This document shows positions 27,201 through 38,720 of a stretch of 64,000 nucleotides of DNA, one piece after another (position 1 is the stretch's first letter; each line of letters begins with the position of its first letter). The notes below the pieces were generated by a model. It ran no database searches. It was not told the origin of the DNA and saw only the letters and a program-made list of their open reading frames with translations. The translations under genes were made by a program, and so were the position numbers. The stretch spans positions 6,696,001 through 6,760,000 of the forward strand of contig CATNEN010000038.1 in the NCBI GenBank assembly GCA_950097015.1, in the 5' to 3' direction. This DNA is from Macrostomum hystrix. Taxonomy: Eukaryota; Animalia; Platyhelminthes.

Positions 27201-30200
27201 TATCTCTCTTCTTCTGTTATCTCTCTTCTTCTGTTATCTCTCTTCCCCTCCCTCTTTCACTCTTCCCCTTCTGTTATCTCTCTTCCCATTCTGTTATCTC
27301 TCTTCCCATTCTGTTATCTTTCTTCCCCTTCTGTTATCTCTCTTCTTCTGTTATCTCTCTTCCACTTCTGTTATCTCTCTTCTTCTGTTATCTCTCTTCC
27401 ACTTCTGTTATCTTTCTTCCCTCTTCTGTTCTCTTTCTTCCCCTTCTGTTATCTCTCTTCTTCTGTTATCTCTCTTCCCCTCCCTCTTTCACTCTTCCCC
27501 TTCTGTTATCTCTCTTCCCATTCTGTTATCTCTCTTCCCATTCTGTTATCTTTCTTCCCCTTCTGTTATCTCTCTTCCGCTTCTGTTATCTCTCTTCCCA
27601 TTCTGTTATCTTTTCCCCCCCTTCTGTTATCTTTCTATCCCTTCTGTTATCTTTCTTCCCCTTCTGTTATCTCTCTTCCCTTTCCTCTTAAGCCGGTAAC
27701 CATTAGCTAAGCCGGGAAGCCGCTAACCATGAGCCGGTAGCTAATGCCGGTAACCGGTAAGCTAAGTTAGCTGTCTTAGTTCAGTAGGTGCAAAAATCAC
27801 ACTCATCTTTTTCCTAACACAAATTAAAAATCCATCAATTTCCCAGTGTTGACGCGCGCACATCCCACAGATTCGCCCGCTCCAAACTCACCTTGGGCAG
27901 GGGCAGTACAGGCAGCGCGCCGCCAATCAGGCTGTGGTCTGGCGGGCTGGCCACGCTGGGAATATACTCCCTATAGACGTGCACAAAATCCCTGAGGAAG
28001 GCGGACTGCTGGGCCGGGCTCTGCCGGCTGTCGTGCCGCAGCAGCCGGTAGGCCGAATCCTTGGCGGACTCCAGCTCCCTCAGTGCCACCGAGTGTTTAG
28101 TGAGCACCAGGTTGATGTGGTCCTCAGCCAGGGTCCAGCCGCGGTCCCTGTAGACTCGGAGGGCGGCGCGGTAGCAGCGAAGCGAGTGCGCCCTCTGGGC
28201 AGCCTTGGAGAATCGATGCCCGGCCAGGATGAGGTGGAAGGCGAATTTTCTCACCTGCGGCAGCCGCATCCGCAGGTAGCAGTGGGCCGCCTGCTCCAGT
28301 AGCAGAGCGCTGCGCAGATCCGAGTCCTGGGAAGAAGGATGGGGTGGTGGCGGGGGACCTTGACAAAAGAAGCTAGAATCGCAGCTGGAGTTGTACAGTC
28401 AGAAGGAATCGCAGCTGGAGTTGTACAGTCAGAAGGAATCGCAGCTGGAGTTGTACAGTCAGAAGGAATCGCAGCTGGAGTTGTACAGTCAGAAGGAATC
28501 GCAGCTGGAGTTGTACAGTCAGAAGGAATCGCAGCAGGTACTTTAAGGTATCGAAACAGGTACTTTGAAAGAATCAAGAAACTAGATAAAGAATCGCAGC
28601 AGGAAATAGATAAAGAATCGCAGCAGGAAATAGATAAAGAATCGCAGCAGGAAATAGATAAAGAATCGCAGAAGGAAATAGATAAAGAATCGCAGCAGGA
28701 CTAGATCAAGAATCGCAGCAGGAACTTGATTAAGAATCGCAGCAGGAATGTAAACAAGAATCGCAGCAGGAACTAGATCAAGAATCGCAGCAGGAACTAG
28801 ATCAAGAATCGCAGCAGGAACTAGATCAAGAATCGCAGCAGGAACTAGATCAAGAATCGCAGCAGGAACTAGATCAAGAATTGCAGCAGGAACTAGATCA
28901 AGAATCGCAGCAGGAACTGGATCAAGAATCGCAGCAGGAACTAGATCAAGAATCGCAGCAGGAACTAGATCAAGAATTGCAGCAGGAACTAGATCAAGAA
29001 TCGCAGCAGGAACTGGATCAAGAATCGCAGCAGGAACTAGATCAAGAATCGCAGCAGGAACTAGATCAAGAATCGCAGCAGGAACTGGATCAAGAATCGC
29101 AGCAGGAATGTAAACAAGAATCGCAACAGGAACTAGATCAAGAATCGCAGCAGGAACTAGATCAAGAATCGCAGCAGGAACTAGATCAAGAATCGCAGCA
29201 GGAACTGGATCAAGAATCGCAGCAGGAACAATAAGGAATCGCAGCAAGTGAACATAAAATTTACAGCCTACTAACCTCCGTAGTCATCTTGATGTACTGC
29301 ACCGCGGCTTCGGCGAACATCTTCTTTGTTTTAAGGGCCTCGGCACTCAGCAATGTACCGCGGGTGGCCAGAAGCTGATTTCTAAAATAATTAATCGACA
29401 GTTATCAGCAGATTGTAAGGCCGGTAAATAATCGTTAGCTGTAGCATTAACAGTAAAACACCACAGAAGGGTATTTAAAAAAACACAGTTTTTCGGTGTA
29501 TTTTTTCAATTTTTCAATTTTTTAAAATTGCATAGCTAGTCTTTCTATTGTTAAGACAAAGCAAACAGACACGGTGGATCTTACTTGCAATTGTGCAGAT
29601 AGGTAGCAATGGCATTCTCCATATAGGGATGCGGATAATTTCTCTGGCTAGTGCCTTCCTGCATGAAGGCGGACAGGGCAGCCATCTCCATGGTGCCGGC
29701 ATAGTGCAGGAAGGCTGCATCCGCCTGTTTTTTTTTAATAACGGAGGTCAATAGAGCGAGCGCAACTGAATGAACTTGATTATTGAAGATTGAAATGAAC
29801 AAGGCTAATAAGAATAACCATCACAAAAGCTGAGAATCGAAACTATTTAGATAACCGCTAAAGAAAAAGAAAATGGATAGCTGAGCTGTAGTAGAAGAAT
29901 TTGTTAAACAGCAGAAAAACTCGTAAACTAGTGCCGCAGGCTAAAAACTGCATCTTGACTCGAAAAGGAAATAACTTGAAGAAATTTTATGGAAACAATA
30001 CTACGCTCGTAATAAAATTGAGATTTCAACCAGCTAAAGAAACTGCTCTAATAGAACAGTTGGAAGAGACTGCTGAAGAAAACAGCTGAAAGAAACAGCT
30101 GAAAGAAAAAGCTGAAGGAAACAGCTGAAGGAAACAGCTGAAGAAAACAGCTGAAGGAAACAGATAAAGGAAAAAGATGAAGGAAACAGCTGAAGGAAAC

Positions 30201-33200
30201 AGCTGAAACATTTAAGACACACGCGAAGACAAACCTGAAAGTCCTTCTTCAACTGCTGGTAGGCCTGGTGAGCCACCTCGTACTGCTGGAACAGAAATGC
30301 CAGGTCGGCGTACCGACGCAGCTGCAGCTCGGGCGCGTCGCTAGCGTAAACAACCGACGAAGCACCCGGAGCTCCGGCGCTAGCCATCTGGGAGCCAGCC
30401 GAGGACGAAGACAACTGCTGCTGAGCGGCGCCGCTCTTACCGGCCCCGCTGCCGCCGCCGCCGCCGCCAACGGAGAACCACTTCTTGGCGCCGCCAAGGA
30501 AGCCTTTGCCGCGCATCCGCGAGGCGATCTGCTCGTTGAGCAGTTTTAGAGTCTTTTCAACCCAGGGCATCAGTGCGCGATTTACCAACTCCAGGACCAT
30601 CACCCGAAGCCTGTTATGATCGTCGGCGCTAAGCCAGGCGCCGTGGACCACGCTGGCGCCGGTGCCGCTGTAGACACCTGACATCTCGCCAGAATCCGTT
30701 GACGACCAGCCGTAGTCTAACGGATGCTGAGGCGCTGTTCCTAATCCGTCTGGTGTTGAAGCCTCCGCCTGCTGCAGCTGCTGCTGCTGAATCTGGAACT
30801 GATGCTGATGCGACAGCTGCCGTGACGGCGGCAGGTGCTGCGCCCAAGGGTCTGGCGGCGCTACAGATCCGTCCGCCTGATTAGCTGGCGAGCGCGTGTT
30901 GATGAGCAACAGGTGACAGACGGCCGGGCCGTAAGTGCTGCGCAGTGCGGTCAAAGTAGAGTCCGCTCGTTGCTGATCGCCCTCTTGACTGTCGTGCAGC
31001 AATACGTAGTACCTGCGGGAGTTTAGGATAGACAATTCTTTGTAGGGACTTACGGAGGAACATGATGCGCTAGATTCTAAATACCCCCTCAAGAAATCAG
31101 TTTACCCAGCTGTTAAATGGGTACCAGCATTAGCTGGGGTAATTGAGGATGGGTGTGGCACCCTCCCAGTCCATGGACTGAATATCTGTACGCAGCAGTC
31201 TTCAGTTGCACCGCGCAATAGCTGCGTCTGTGCTGTCGGCTGCACTTCTAGCCCAATAGGGACAGGTGCGATCAGTTAAAAGTAATCATTTTAACTAAAC
31301 AACTCACATGAGCAGGGGGTGGGTGGCAGAGCGGTTAACGCGTCTGCCTCTCGCACCAAGGTCCCCGGGCTCGATTCCGCGGAGAGGCCTCATTCATTTG
31401 GGGCGCAGCCGCGGAGAGAAGGCTTGGGGGCTTGTCGTGCAATTTACGCCAACGAGGGCCAACCTCCAAGGCACAGTTAAAGTTAATGTACACTGCCTGA
31501 TGATGAGAAAGTCAAGAGCAGATTTCTGAGCACACACTGTGCTCAGCATTCAGCGAAACGGGCAGAATTGCTTACTCGCTGGCTGCGGGTCTAGTGTCAC
31601 CAAATGTGCCTTTGCCTGTAGCCCTCGTGAAATTAATTTTTTTAACTTACCTGAGCACCTGAGGACACAGCCATCTTGGCTGTCGATTCACCTGTTGCTG
31701 CAGCATCAACTGCTGGTTGGTGAGTTTGGCAAAGCAATCCAGTGGATCCGGGTGAGTTGAGCTCACAGCAATCACGCAGCCGAGGCAGTGGCCCAGAAAC
31801 TCGTGCTCAGAGGGCGGTATATTGGACAGCAGGCAGTCACGATAGGCGTCAAACCAAGGCGTATTGGCCTGATAGCTGAGCTCGTACATGCCGGTGCTAA
31901 TGCTGGCAGTCAGCGGTTCAACCAGCAGGCTGGCGCTGACAGTATCGTTTAGAAGCTTCTTGACAGCCGCTGGCTGCGGCGGGCTGGCGTTGCAGTCCAC
32001 CAGGTTGAGTGACAAGTTGCGCACCGTGATGCTAATGTTGTTCGGGTCGCGAAATTGCACTAAAATTGTGAAAATAGAACAGCAGCGATTATGTAACGTC
32101 GAACATTTCGAATGATATCCGCGAGGGCCAACCCCCGTCCCCATGGCACGCGGCGTGTTGATAATTCAAAGCTAATTTACAGAGCTCATGGATTTAGTTT
32201 CAGAGTAGCTATATAAATGTGTACATATGTGTCACTGTCAATAGCAGAGTGGATAAAATTACCTTATTGTTACATGTAGACTTTCAATAGATGTATTTTC
32301 AATGTTTGGCTTTGGATACTGATTCAAATAGACTGGACACAAAACTAGCAAATTCTTGGTTATAAAAGCAAAAGGTAACTTAATGTACAAGGGTATCCCA
32401 AAAGTTCCTATATGCTTTGCTCAATCTTCAAGTGAATAGATTAACATAAAAAGAATAAAAATTTTATGATTAAGAATCTCAATTGAGGATTTTTTTCATA
32501 TCCAATCACTTATGAGCAGCACCAAAAAGTAGGTGCACAGGTTGTAGCCATTTCATGGGCTTTGTCAGCCAAAAACAAGTTACCTCAGTATTGATCCATT
32601 TGTAACTTTTTTCCTGAGGCTTTTACCATAGTCACTAAAAAGTCATATACAATTCTGCTACCACAATGCATTTCACAATTTTCTGCAATTTGAGTGATAA
32701 CTCTAGCCAGCAGACCAGAGTGCAAAGATTTAGCTGCACTGACCCTAATACTCAGAATAGTGCTTAATTGGACAAAGAAACCGCAGGGGCCAGTTACATA
32801 TAATACCTTTTTAACAGTTGGTAACACTTATTTGCACTTTTAAACACAATTTTTGATGTTATGGTTTAAATAAAATAATTAAAATGAAGTTCTCAAGATA
32901 AAGCATTTATTTTTATTTTACTCTACACTCACTAATTTAAGCAAGGCATTGCATAGCTATGATACAAATTCTGGGAACTTTTAGGACACTACTTGAACAC
33001 TGAAAATGTCACTGGGAAATGATAATATAAAAATAAATTACATTCTAGTTATACTCTATTTATCCTCTGGTTAATCAAAGTCAGGAAGTGTTCACTAGAA
33101 TATTTGAGCCAAATGCAATGCCAAAATCAGTGGTATTCAATTAATATCCAGCAAATGTCATATCCAAATCACTTGCCACCTTCCTGACTATGGAACAACT

Positions 33201-33897
33201 ATAAATCTAAATAAAGCTAAATAGGCTGAAATTATTATAGCTTAATATTTTTTTCAAAAAAAAGAGTCAGACAACATCTAAGCACATTAAATCTAGTGTA
33301 TATGAGCTAATTTTGTTTTCTATTTTTTAGCATTTAGCACAAAATATGAAATAATAAAATAATACTATCTAGATTCATTAAAAAAGCAGGTCAAGCAATT
33401 TAAAAGTTACAGAATTTACTCTATAAAAAAGATTAAATTTTCATAGACATATGTCTAGCATGTTTTTTATTTTAGGTTGGTGCAGCATGCAACATAGTAG
33501 CACAGCTTGGCATGGCACAGTGCAGTGCACCAATGTTGTTTATTCCTCTATGGATACACAGTACTTGAAAGGTGTTTTAGCTTAGTATGACACTTTTTAA
33601 GCCAAACCTTTATAGTTTCCAACACATGTAGATGAACTTGATCAAATAATTTCAACAGAGTCCAGTAATACCAGAAAACTTTGGAAAAATTAAAAAACCA
33701 AGAACATATTTATTTGCTTGGTTCACTTTTGCATACTTACCATCTTGTGAAATCCTCAAAAATGGCTTCATTAGTTCACAAAATGACAAATTATTTTTCT
33801 GACAGATTGTTTCTGCATCATGGCTAACTAGCACAGCTAATGTGGGTGAAAATACTTTCTTAATAAAGTCTTGACCAGTAAGTTTGCTTTCTCCCAT
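17999..33897 (-). CDS. TRAPPC8: Trafficking protein particle complex subunit 8 (Trs85), about 1454 aa, 12 exons
   Basis: Exons 33897-33741, 32059-31651, 31012-30235, 29724-29585, 29381-29276, 28326-27892, 26081-25636, 24437-24134, 22790-22401, 20237-20010, 19418-18867, 18418-17999; all phase-compatible (4365 nt). Motifs CQKNNLSFCELMKPF, TPWF..SEHEFL, PELQLRRYADLAFLFQQYE, DSDLRSALLLEQAAHC, RKFAFHLILAGHRF, GPRLN, PGVYDL. Confidence 0.95.
18600..18845. repeat. 20-bp repeat (AATCCCAGAAGCCAATTCAC)n in TRAPPC8 intron 11
   Basis: Period 20. Confidence 0.9.
19485..19860. repeat. 35-bp repeat (AAAATGAGGATCAGGGAGATGGGGTGGATTTCATC)n in TRAPPC8 intron 10
   Basis: Period 35. Confidence 0.9.
20570..21600. 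repeat. CT-rich minisatellite (CTCTCACTGTCTCACCCTCCCA-type) in TRAPPC8 intron 9
   Basis: Seen directly. Confidence 0.9.
22195..22280 (-). mobile_element. SINE family B internal fragment
   Basis: CGCTGACTCCTGAG..CACGCTCACACAGGTGTGTACATCTGC matches the copies at 37447 and 42462. Confidence 0.75.
22925..24115. repeat. 24-bp minisatellite (GTAGGCAAGTAAGTAGACAGGAAA)n in TRAPPC8 intron 8
   Basis: Period 24. Confidence 0.95.
25180..25625. repeat. Degenerate AAGGGATTCCCTATCAGATATGATAAT-type repeat in TRAPPC8 intron 7
   Basis: Recurrent degenerate units. Confidence 0.65.
26280..27690. repeat. CT-rich minisatellite (CTTCTGTTATCTCTCTT[CCN]) with higher-order blocks in TRAPPC8 intron 6
   Basis: Seen directly. 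Confidence 0.95.
28375..29245. repeat. Compound array: 30-bp (GAATCGCAGCTGGAGTTGTACAGTCAGAAG) then 24-bp (GAATCGCAGCAGGAACTAGATCAA) in TRAPPC8 intron 5
   Basis: Both units share GAATCGCAGC. Confidence 0.95.
30070..30210. repeat. About 13-bp repeat (GAAACAGCTGAAG) in TRAPPC8 intron 3
   Basis: Seen directly. Confidence 0.85.
31095..31290 (+). mobile_element. SINE family A (CORE-like), 5'-truncated
   Basis: CCCAGCTGTTAAATGGGTACCAGCATTAGCTGGG..CAGTCCATGGACTGAA..GCAATAGCTGCG is shared with the 48030 and 62630 copies. Confidence 0.8.
31312..31630 (+). mobile_element. SINE family B, tRNA-derived head
   Basis: A box TGGCAGAGCGG, B-box-like GGCTCGATTCC; body shared with three other near-full copies. 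Confidence 0.85.
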
Positions 33898-34939
33898 TTT
33901 TCCAATTCAGATTCAGATTTGGTTTAGATTCAAGAATTTTTAACAAATATTAATTGTCTTGACAATTACTAGATGTCTAGCTAGTTTTGCTGTCTGTTGT
34001 AGCTAGCTAGAGCTTAAAAGGTGCGGTCAGTAAAATATGCTTGTGGCAAGATAGACAATATTTGGCTTGCTATAAATGGGCCTAGTTCAAATGGAAAATC
34101 TAGTAAAGAACTTATTACTTTATGTAACAATTCTGAAACTTGTTTAAAAAGAATTTTAATAATTATCTATTTTTAATTTGACATTTCTTTAAACTATTTT
34201 GTTCCTTAAATGCGAAAAATTTAGTTAAGCATTAAGGTCAAGTTCAAAATTCATTGGAATTGTTCTCCCTAAAGCTTTTTAGCAGTTCAAATAATATCAG
34301 ATTATTTTGCTACACTCGAAAATAGCTTAGATAAGCACAGGGGCTAGCCAATTTAAATACGTAACCAGCAAAATATGACTTTTCTTGGAATCCCAACTAA
34401 AGGTCTCGGCCTTCTATAAATAGTTTTTTTCGGTAAGGCTTTTCGTTAATTCATGAAAATCAAACTATTGAGTAAATTGAGTTGAGCTAAATTATGGTCC
34501 ACGTAAATTCTGATAGAAGTTAAAAAGTAGCAAAATGCTTTCATGGAAATATATTATTAAAACAATGAGGAACATATATTTTTAGCTAGAGCTATATGAG
34601 ACGTAAACCTTATCAGAAGAATTGTATTGAAAATGAAATTGTTGACCTAGTACGACATACGACCTCACAAATGAGCCCATTCATTAGGGAAGTAGCCCAT
34701 TCACGCGATCGGTGGAATACCCACTTCCATTGTAAAAATTATATTTAAATTTTACTATTACCGTAGCAATGGTAATAGGAGTATAGTCTACTGTTCGTGG
34801 TCCTTGCGGCAACCAAGTTTAGACGATCATGCGAAAAATCGTCATTGCATGGAATCATGGAATAACGTTGTTCAGCTGCATTTTGTAATATTCGCGCAAG
34901 TCCAGATTATACTTAACGGATACAAGCCTAAATTCCTTT

Positions 34940-35075
34940 GAGGGACCACGGCCGTAGGCTGTTCAAGCGGAGAAGGCATATATATGCCACTTCACGAGGA
35001 CTACGTATGCTACTCGAGTCGTCCTTCTCTTGGCACTTCGTCGACCTGCTGCTGACTGATTTCTGGCGTTTCTAG
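34940..35075 (+). mobile_element. Degraded relic of the RTE-like LINE 3' end
   Basis: GGGACCACGGC and TTCGTCGACCTGCTGCTGACTGAT both match the 49450-49510 region. Confidence 0.55.
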
Positions 35076-35484
35076 CTATAGTAATTGTAATTACTTTCCT
35101 TGTGCGATAATATCCTAGCTATATAGCTTACGTTTGCATTTTCTCAGTCGTGTGACGATTAGCAACACAGATGTGGGCGTGACAAGCCAAAGTGACATCA
35201 GGGGCAAAGGCAGGTGAACCAAGGTATAGCAATGAAAAAATGAGCTAAAATTTGAGCAGGCAGCTGACCCTTGCATATGAGCGTGGATGCATGCTATTTT
35301 CTGAGAGGAAAATCATAATTTTGGGTGGCACAAAGGGGTTTGAATGTACGTTGACGTCTACTTACAGTAGCGATCTAAGAAATATACAAAATTGCAATTA
35401 GTTGTGAAAGCGCGTAATTAATGTAAATGACAGAGCGCGTCCTGCAGAAAGTGACAACGTCGCAGTCGCACCGACGTGTCTCTA

Positions 35485-36057
35485 GCCGCAACCCAGCCGC
35501 ATCACTTTTTAAAATCACCTGTACCACTTGCAAAATCCGTCTTTTCTAAATAGATTTTGACTAGATTTAATTGTACCACACGTTAAATTGTCTTCATACT
35601 GCTAGTCACTGTTGAAGCCTTCAAATTTCCGGATTTAAAAAATCGGTGCGGCTGGCATTGGGCTGATCACTTGCGCCCTTGCTTTTGACTGGATTCTTGT
35701 ACCGTTTTTAATTTATAAAATTTCAGCAAATTGCGCATCTTTTGAGCTCAAAAGTTGGTCTGAACGAGCTTTAATAAGCAAAAAATCATCGTCTGAAGTT
35801 TTAATGAAGTCATTTCCGGTAGCAAATGGTCTTTTCTCTCCAAAAATAGAATACATACGGCCTGTACCATATTTGTACCACCTCAAGCACATATTTTTAT
35901 ACAACCCTGTGCAAAATTAAGCATTTTGATCCAACGGTTCGAAGGTTATGAAGATAATTTAATGTGTGGCACAATTAAATCTAGTCAAAATCTATTAGAA
36001 AAGACGGATTTTGCAAGGTACAAGTGATTTTAAAAAGTGATGCGGCTGGGTTGCGGC
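35485..36057. mobile_element. MITE / non-autonomous DNA transposon, about 570 bp, with about 115-bp terminal inverted repeats
   Basis: Left GCCGCAACCCAGCCGCATCACTTTTTAAAATCAC..GTCTTCATA; right TATGAAGA..GTGATTTTAAAAAGTGATGCGGCTGGGTTGCGGC; CTAG/TA at both ends; no transposase. Confidence 0.85.
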
Positions 36058-37038
36058 TAGCGAAACGTGCGTACAGTCGCTTCGATCTCTCTTCCTTTAT
36101 CCTTTAATTTCAGTGTTTAACAATCTTAGATAAAGTAAGCGTAAGTTTTTCATTAGGCTTTAATCCGTTCTGTTTGTTTTTGTTTATAAACAGTCTAGAA
36201 ACAATAATTCTATAGTGGAATAGGTTATGATACAATTATACTCCATTTACTTTCAGTAGTATAATGATATTGTTTACAAAGGTCAAAACATGTATGTATT
36301 TTGCGGTCTTTTTTACACCCATCGACATGCCTGTCAAATGCTAAATTCAGCGTGATCTGGTATTTAAACAAATCATATAAAAAATGAGTAAAGTATAGGA
36401 AATGATTTGTGAAAAATATTCAAGTACTGCAACAATGACTCAACTAATGGCAGATAAGTAGTAGATAGTGCAGTAGAAGTTATATACATTTTTGCACTAT
36501 GTGCCCCTATAATATTATAATGTTTATCCTCAGCTCTCGGCTCAGCTCAGCTCATCTTGCAGAGTTCACCAGTGCGTGTCAATCCGCATCTCCAGTAAAC
36601 AATGTCTATTATATAGTTCATTTTATAATTTTCCGCAGCAACCTATATTCTTGACTAAGAACCAATGCGCCATTAATGACTTCTCTGCCCCCATGCACCT
36701 GCTGCCTGCATGGTACCGCAGCGAAGCCAAAGCGGAACTGATCCTGTCAACAGATCTGCGTGCGTGGCGAGAATCCAGGACCAAAGCGCGATGTGCAAAT
36801 AAATGTAATTAAAGCCGGACATAAACCAGCCGACTTTACCGAGCTTCGATCGAGACAATGTGATGCTGCAATTATCAAAGCACACACCCCTTAAATTGTC
36901 CCTTTACCTGAGCTGTTCAATTCTCAGTGACATAGCTCTAAATTCTACAGTATGCAATAACAGCTACATGTATGGTGTTATTATGATTTATTACTGTGGG
37001 ATAATAAACCGCGAGTAATAATCAATAGTTGCTACCTA

Positions 37039-37245
37039 TGAGTTGTAGCCTAGTAGCTGCAGCTTCGAACTCACGACTTTAAGGTCGGGGGTTCGATACC
37101 CGACTCCACTGGAACAATTTTCGCCCTTTAGCAAGACAATTAATTGCTAAAGGCAAGAATAATTCCTTTAGCAATGCCCTTCAGAAGCGCAATAGCTGCG
37201 GCTGTGCTGTCGGCTGCCCAACTAAGGCAGGTGTAATTAAATTAT
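37039..37245 (+). mobile_element. SINE family A, internally deleted/rearranged
   Basis: TAGCCTAGT A box, GGTTCGATACC B box, CTCCACTGGAACAA, TTTAGCAAGACA, 3' GGCAGGTGTAATTAA. Confidence 0.8.
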
Positions 37246-37446
37246 AGTTTTCTAGTACTTTATTATAACCGATTTTGTTAAGTTAGTAACTCAGCAAGCA
37301 AACATCCCTTTTCGTATGCTTCGGTTCATCGAGGGTGAAAGCTGGGAAAAATACAGTGCGCAGGTGCATCCTATAATATTGTCTTATCGAATCACAAGAT
37401 GTAAAAGATTAGGCTCATTGTTTCAAAAGTTTTGTAAAAGCACTTT

Positions 37447-37788
37447 GCTGTGGCACATCATTTGGTGAAACTTGACCTGCAGCCAGCGAGGAGGCAATTC
37501 AGCCCATTTCGCTGACTCCGGAGCACACACGCACACAGATACCGTACACAGGCACACGCTCACACAGGTGTGTACATCTGCTTTGACTTTCTCATCGTCT
37601 GGCTGTGGTACACTTTCACTGTGCCTTGGAGGTTGGCCCTCAAGGCCAAGGGCGTAAATTACACGACAAGCCCTCAAGCCTTCTCTCCGCGGCTGCGCCC
37701 CAAATAAATGTGGCCACGCCACGGAATCGAACCTAGGGACCATGGTGCGAGAGCCAAACGCGTTAACCGCTCTGCCTACCAACCCCCT
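37447..37788 (-). mobile_element. SINE family B, near full length
   Basis: Minus strand GGCAGAGCGGTTAACGCG..GGTTCGATTCC plus the shared body. Confidence 0.85.
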
Positions 37789-38504
37789 TGTCGATTGTAC
37801 TTTTGCAAAAAATTCTCGCATAAAAAACTGAGAACTCATATCACGTGGGTTATCAAAGCAGTTAGTCATCTCTATGTTTTAGCTTGCTAAATAGCTTGTT
37901 CTATTTGGTTATACCAAATTTCCTTTGAATGATTAGCAGGAAAGGATCGAAAATCAGCAGAATTAGAATTCAGCGTGGGTTAAAGCAAGTGAAACACACA
38001 AGCGCTCTGCTTTCGGTACTGATCGAGCGCAATTATGGTTGGGAGCTGGTGAATTTGAATTCTGACCCGGCTAACTTCCCGCTTTTTGCCGCACGTCCTG
38101 GAAATGTCCTCAAAGCACATGACTGCAAGGCGATAGGGTTCGTCATGAGCAGGATGCTAACCCTGTGGCTAAAAATATCAATAAGTCTAAGTGTAAATCT
38201 TCACTTCACTTCACATCAGAAGCCGCTCCATTGTGAGAATCCTCGGGCAAGTTCTTTCTAGTGACGTAAGCTGCGTCTCGAGAAACAAATTTAAGCCCAG
38301 TTCAGGCTTGTTATTTTTAATTGGATGTGTTCTTCAGCATTCATGTGTGTGCATATGCACGCGTAGCCAATAGAACTGGGCAATCGAGCCAATTAATCAA
38401 GGTCACAGAAATCCCGAGGCACGAGCGTAATGCCTGGTTTAGGTCTTTTATATGTAAAATGAGGCCTTGAGCCTCTGTTGTTGTTATTACTATTGCTGCA
38501 ACTA

Positions 38505-38720
38505 ACGCCGCCCTCTATATCGCCGCGCGAGCCTGACCCGTCCAAATGAATTGCTGCGCCCATGGCAACTCCAGCTGGCAGGCCACACCGTCCTACTGCC
38601 CACAGCTGCTGCTGCTCACGCTGCAGGCACCCTACCAGGTGGCTGACGCTGGCGCCCCGGACTCTGCCGGGGGTGCGGCCTTCGTTCGTAACAAGGCTCT
38701 GAAGCGCGTTCTTTGACGCT
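38505..38720 (+). mobile_element. Degraded RTE-like LINE 3' relic
   Basis: Encodes fragments LYRRASLTRP, QLQLAGH, LLLTLQ resembling the 48930 element and ends GCGCGTTCTTTGAC. Confidence 0.6.

Noticed and set aside
25867-27710. 610-aa and 517-aa hydrophobic ORFs, and similar ORFs at 17130, 22810-24126, 28582, 43717, 50156, 53431, 56724
   Set aside because: Translations of stop-free tandem repeats, mostly intronic, and open in several frames.
18600-30210. Purine/pyrimidine strand bias of intronic arrays relative to transcription
   Set aside because: Both polarities occur within TRAPPC8.
31485-31600. CTGATGA/CTGACGA..CGAAA..GTC in SINE family B resembling a hammerhead ribozyme (as in Schistosoma Sm-alpha)
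   Set aside because: Stems II and III do not pair next to the core; CTGAC instead pairs locally with GTCAR.
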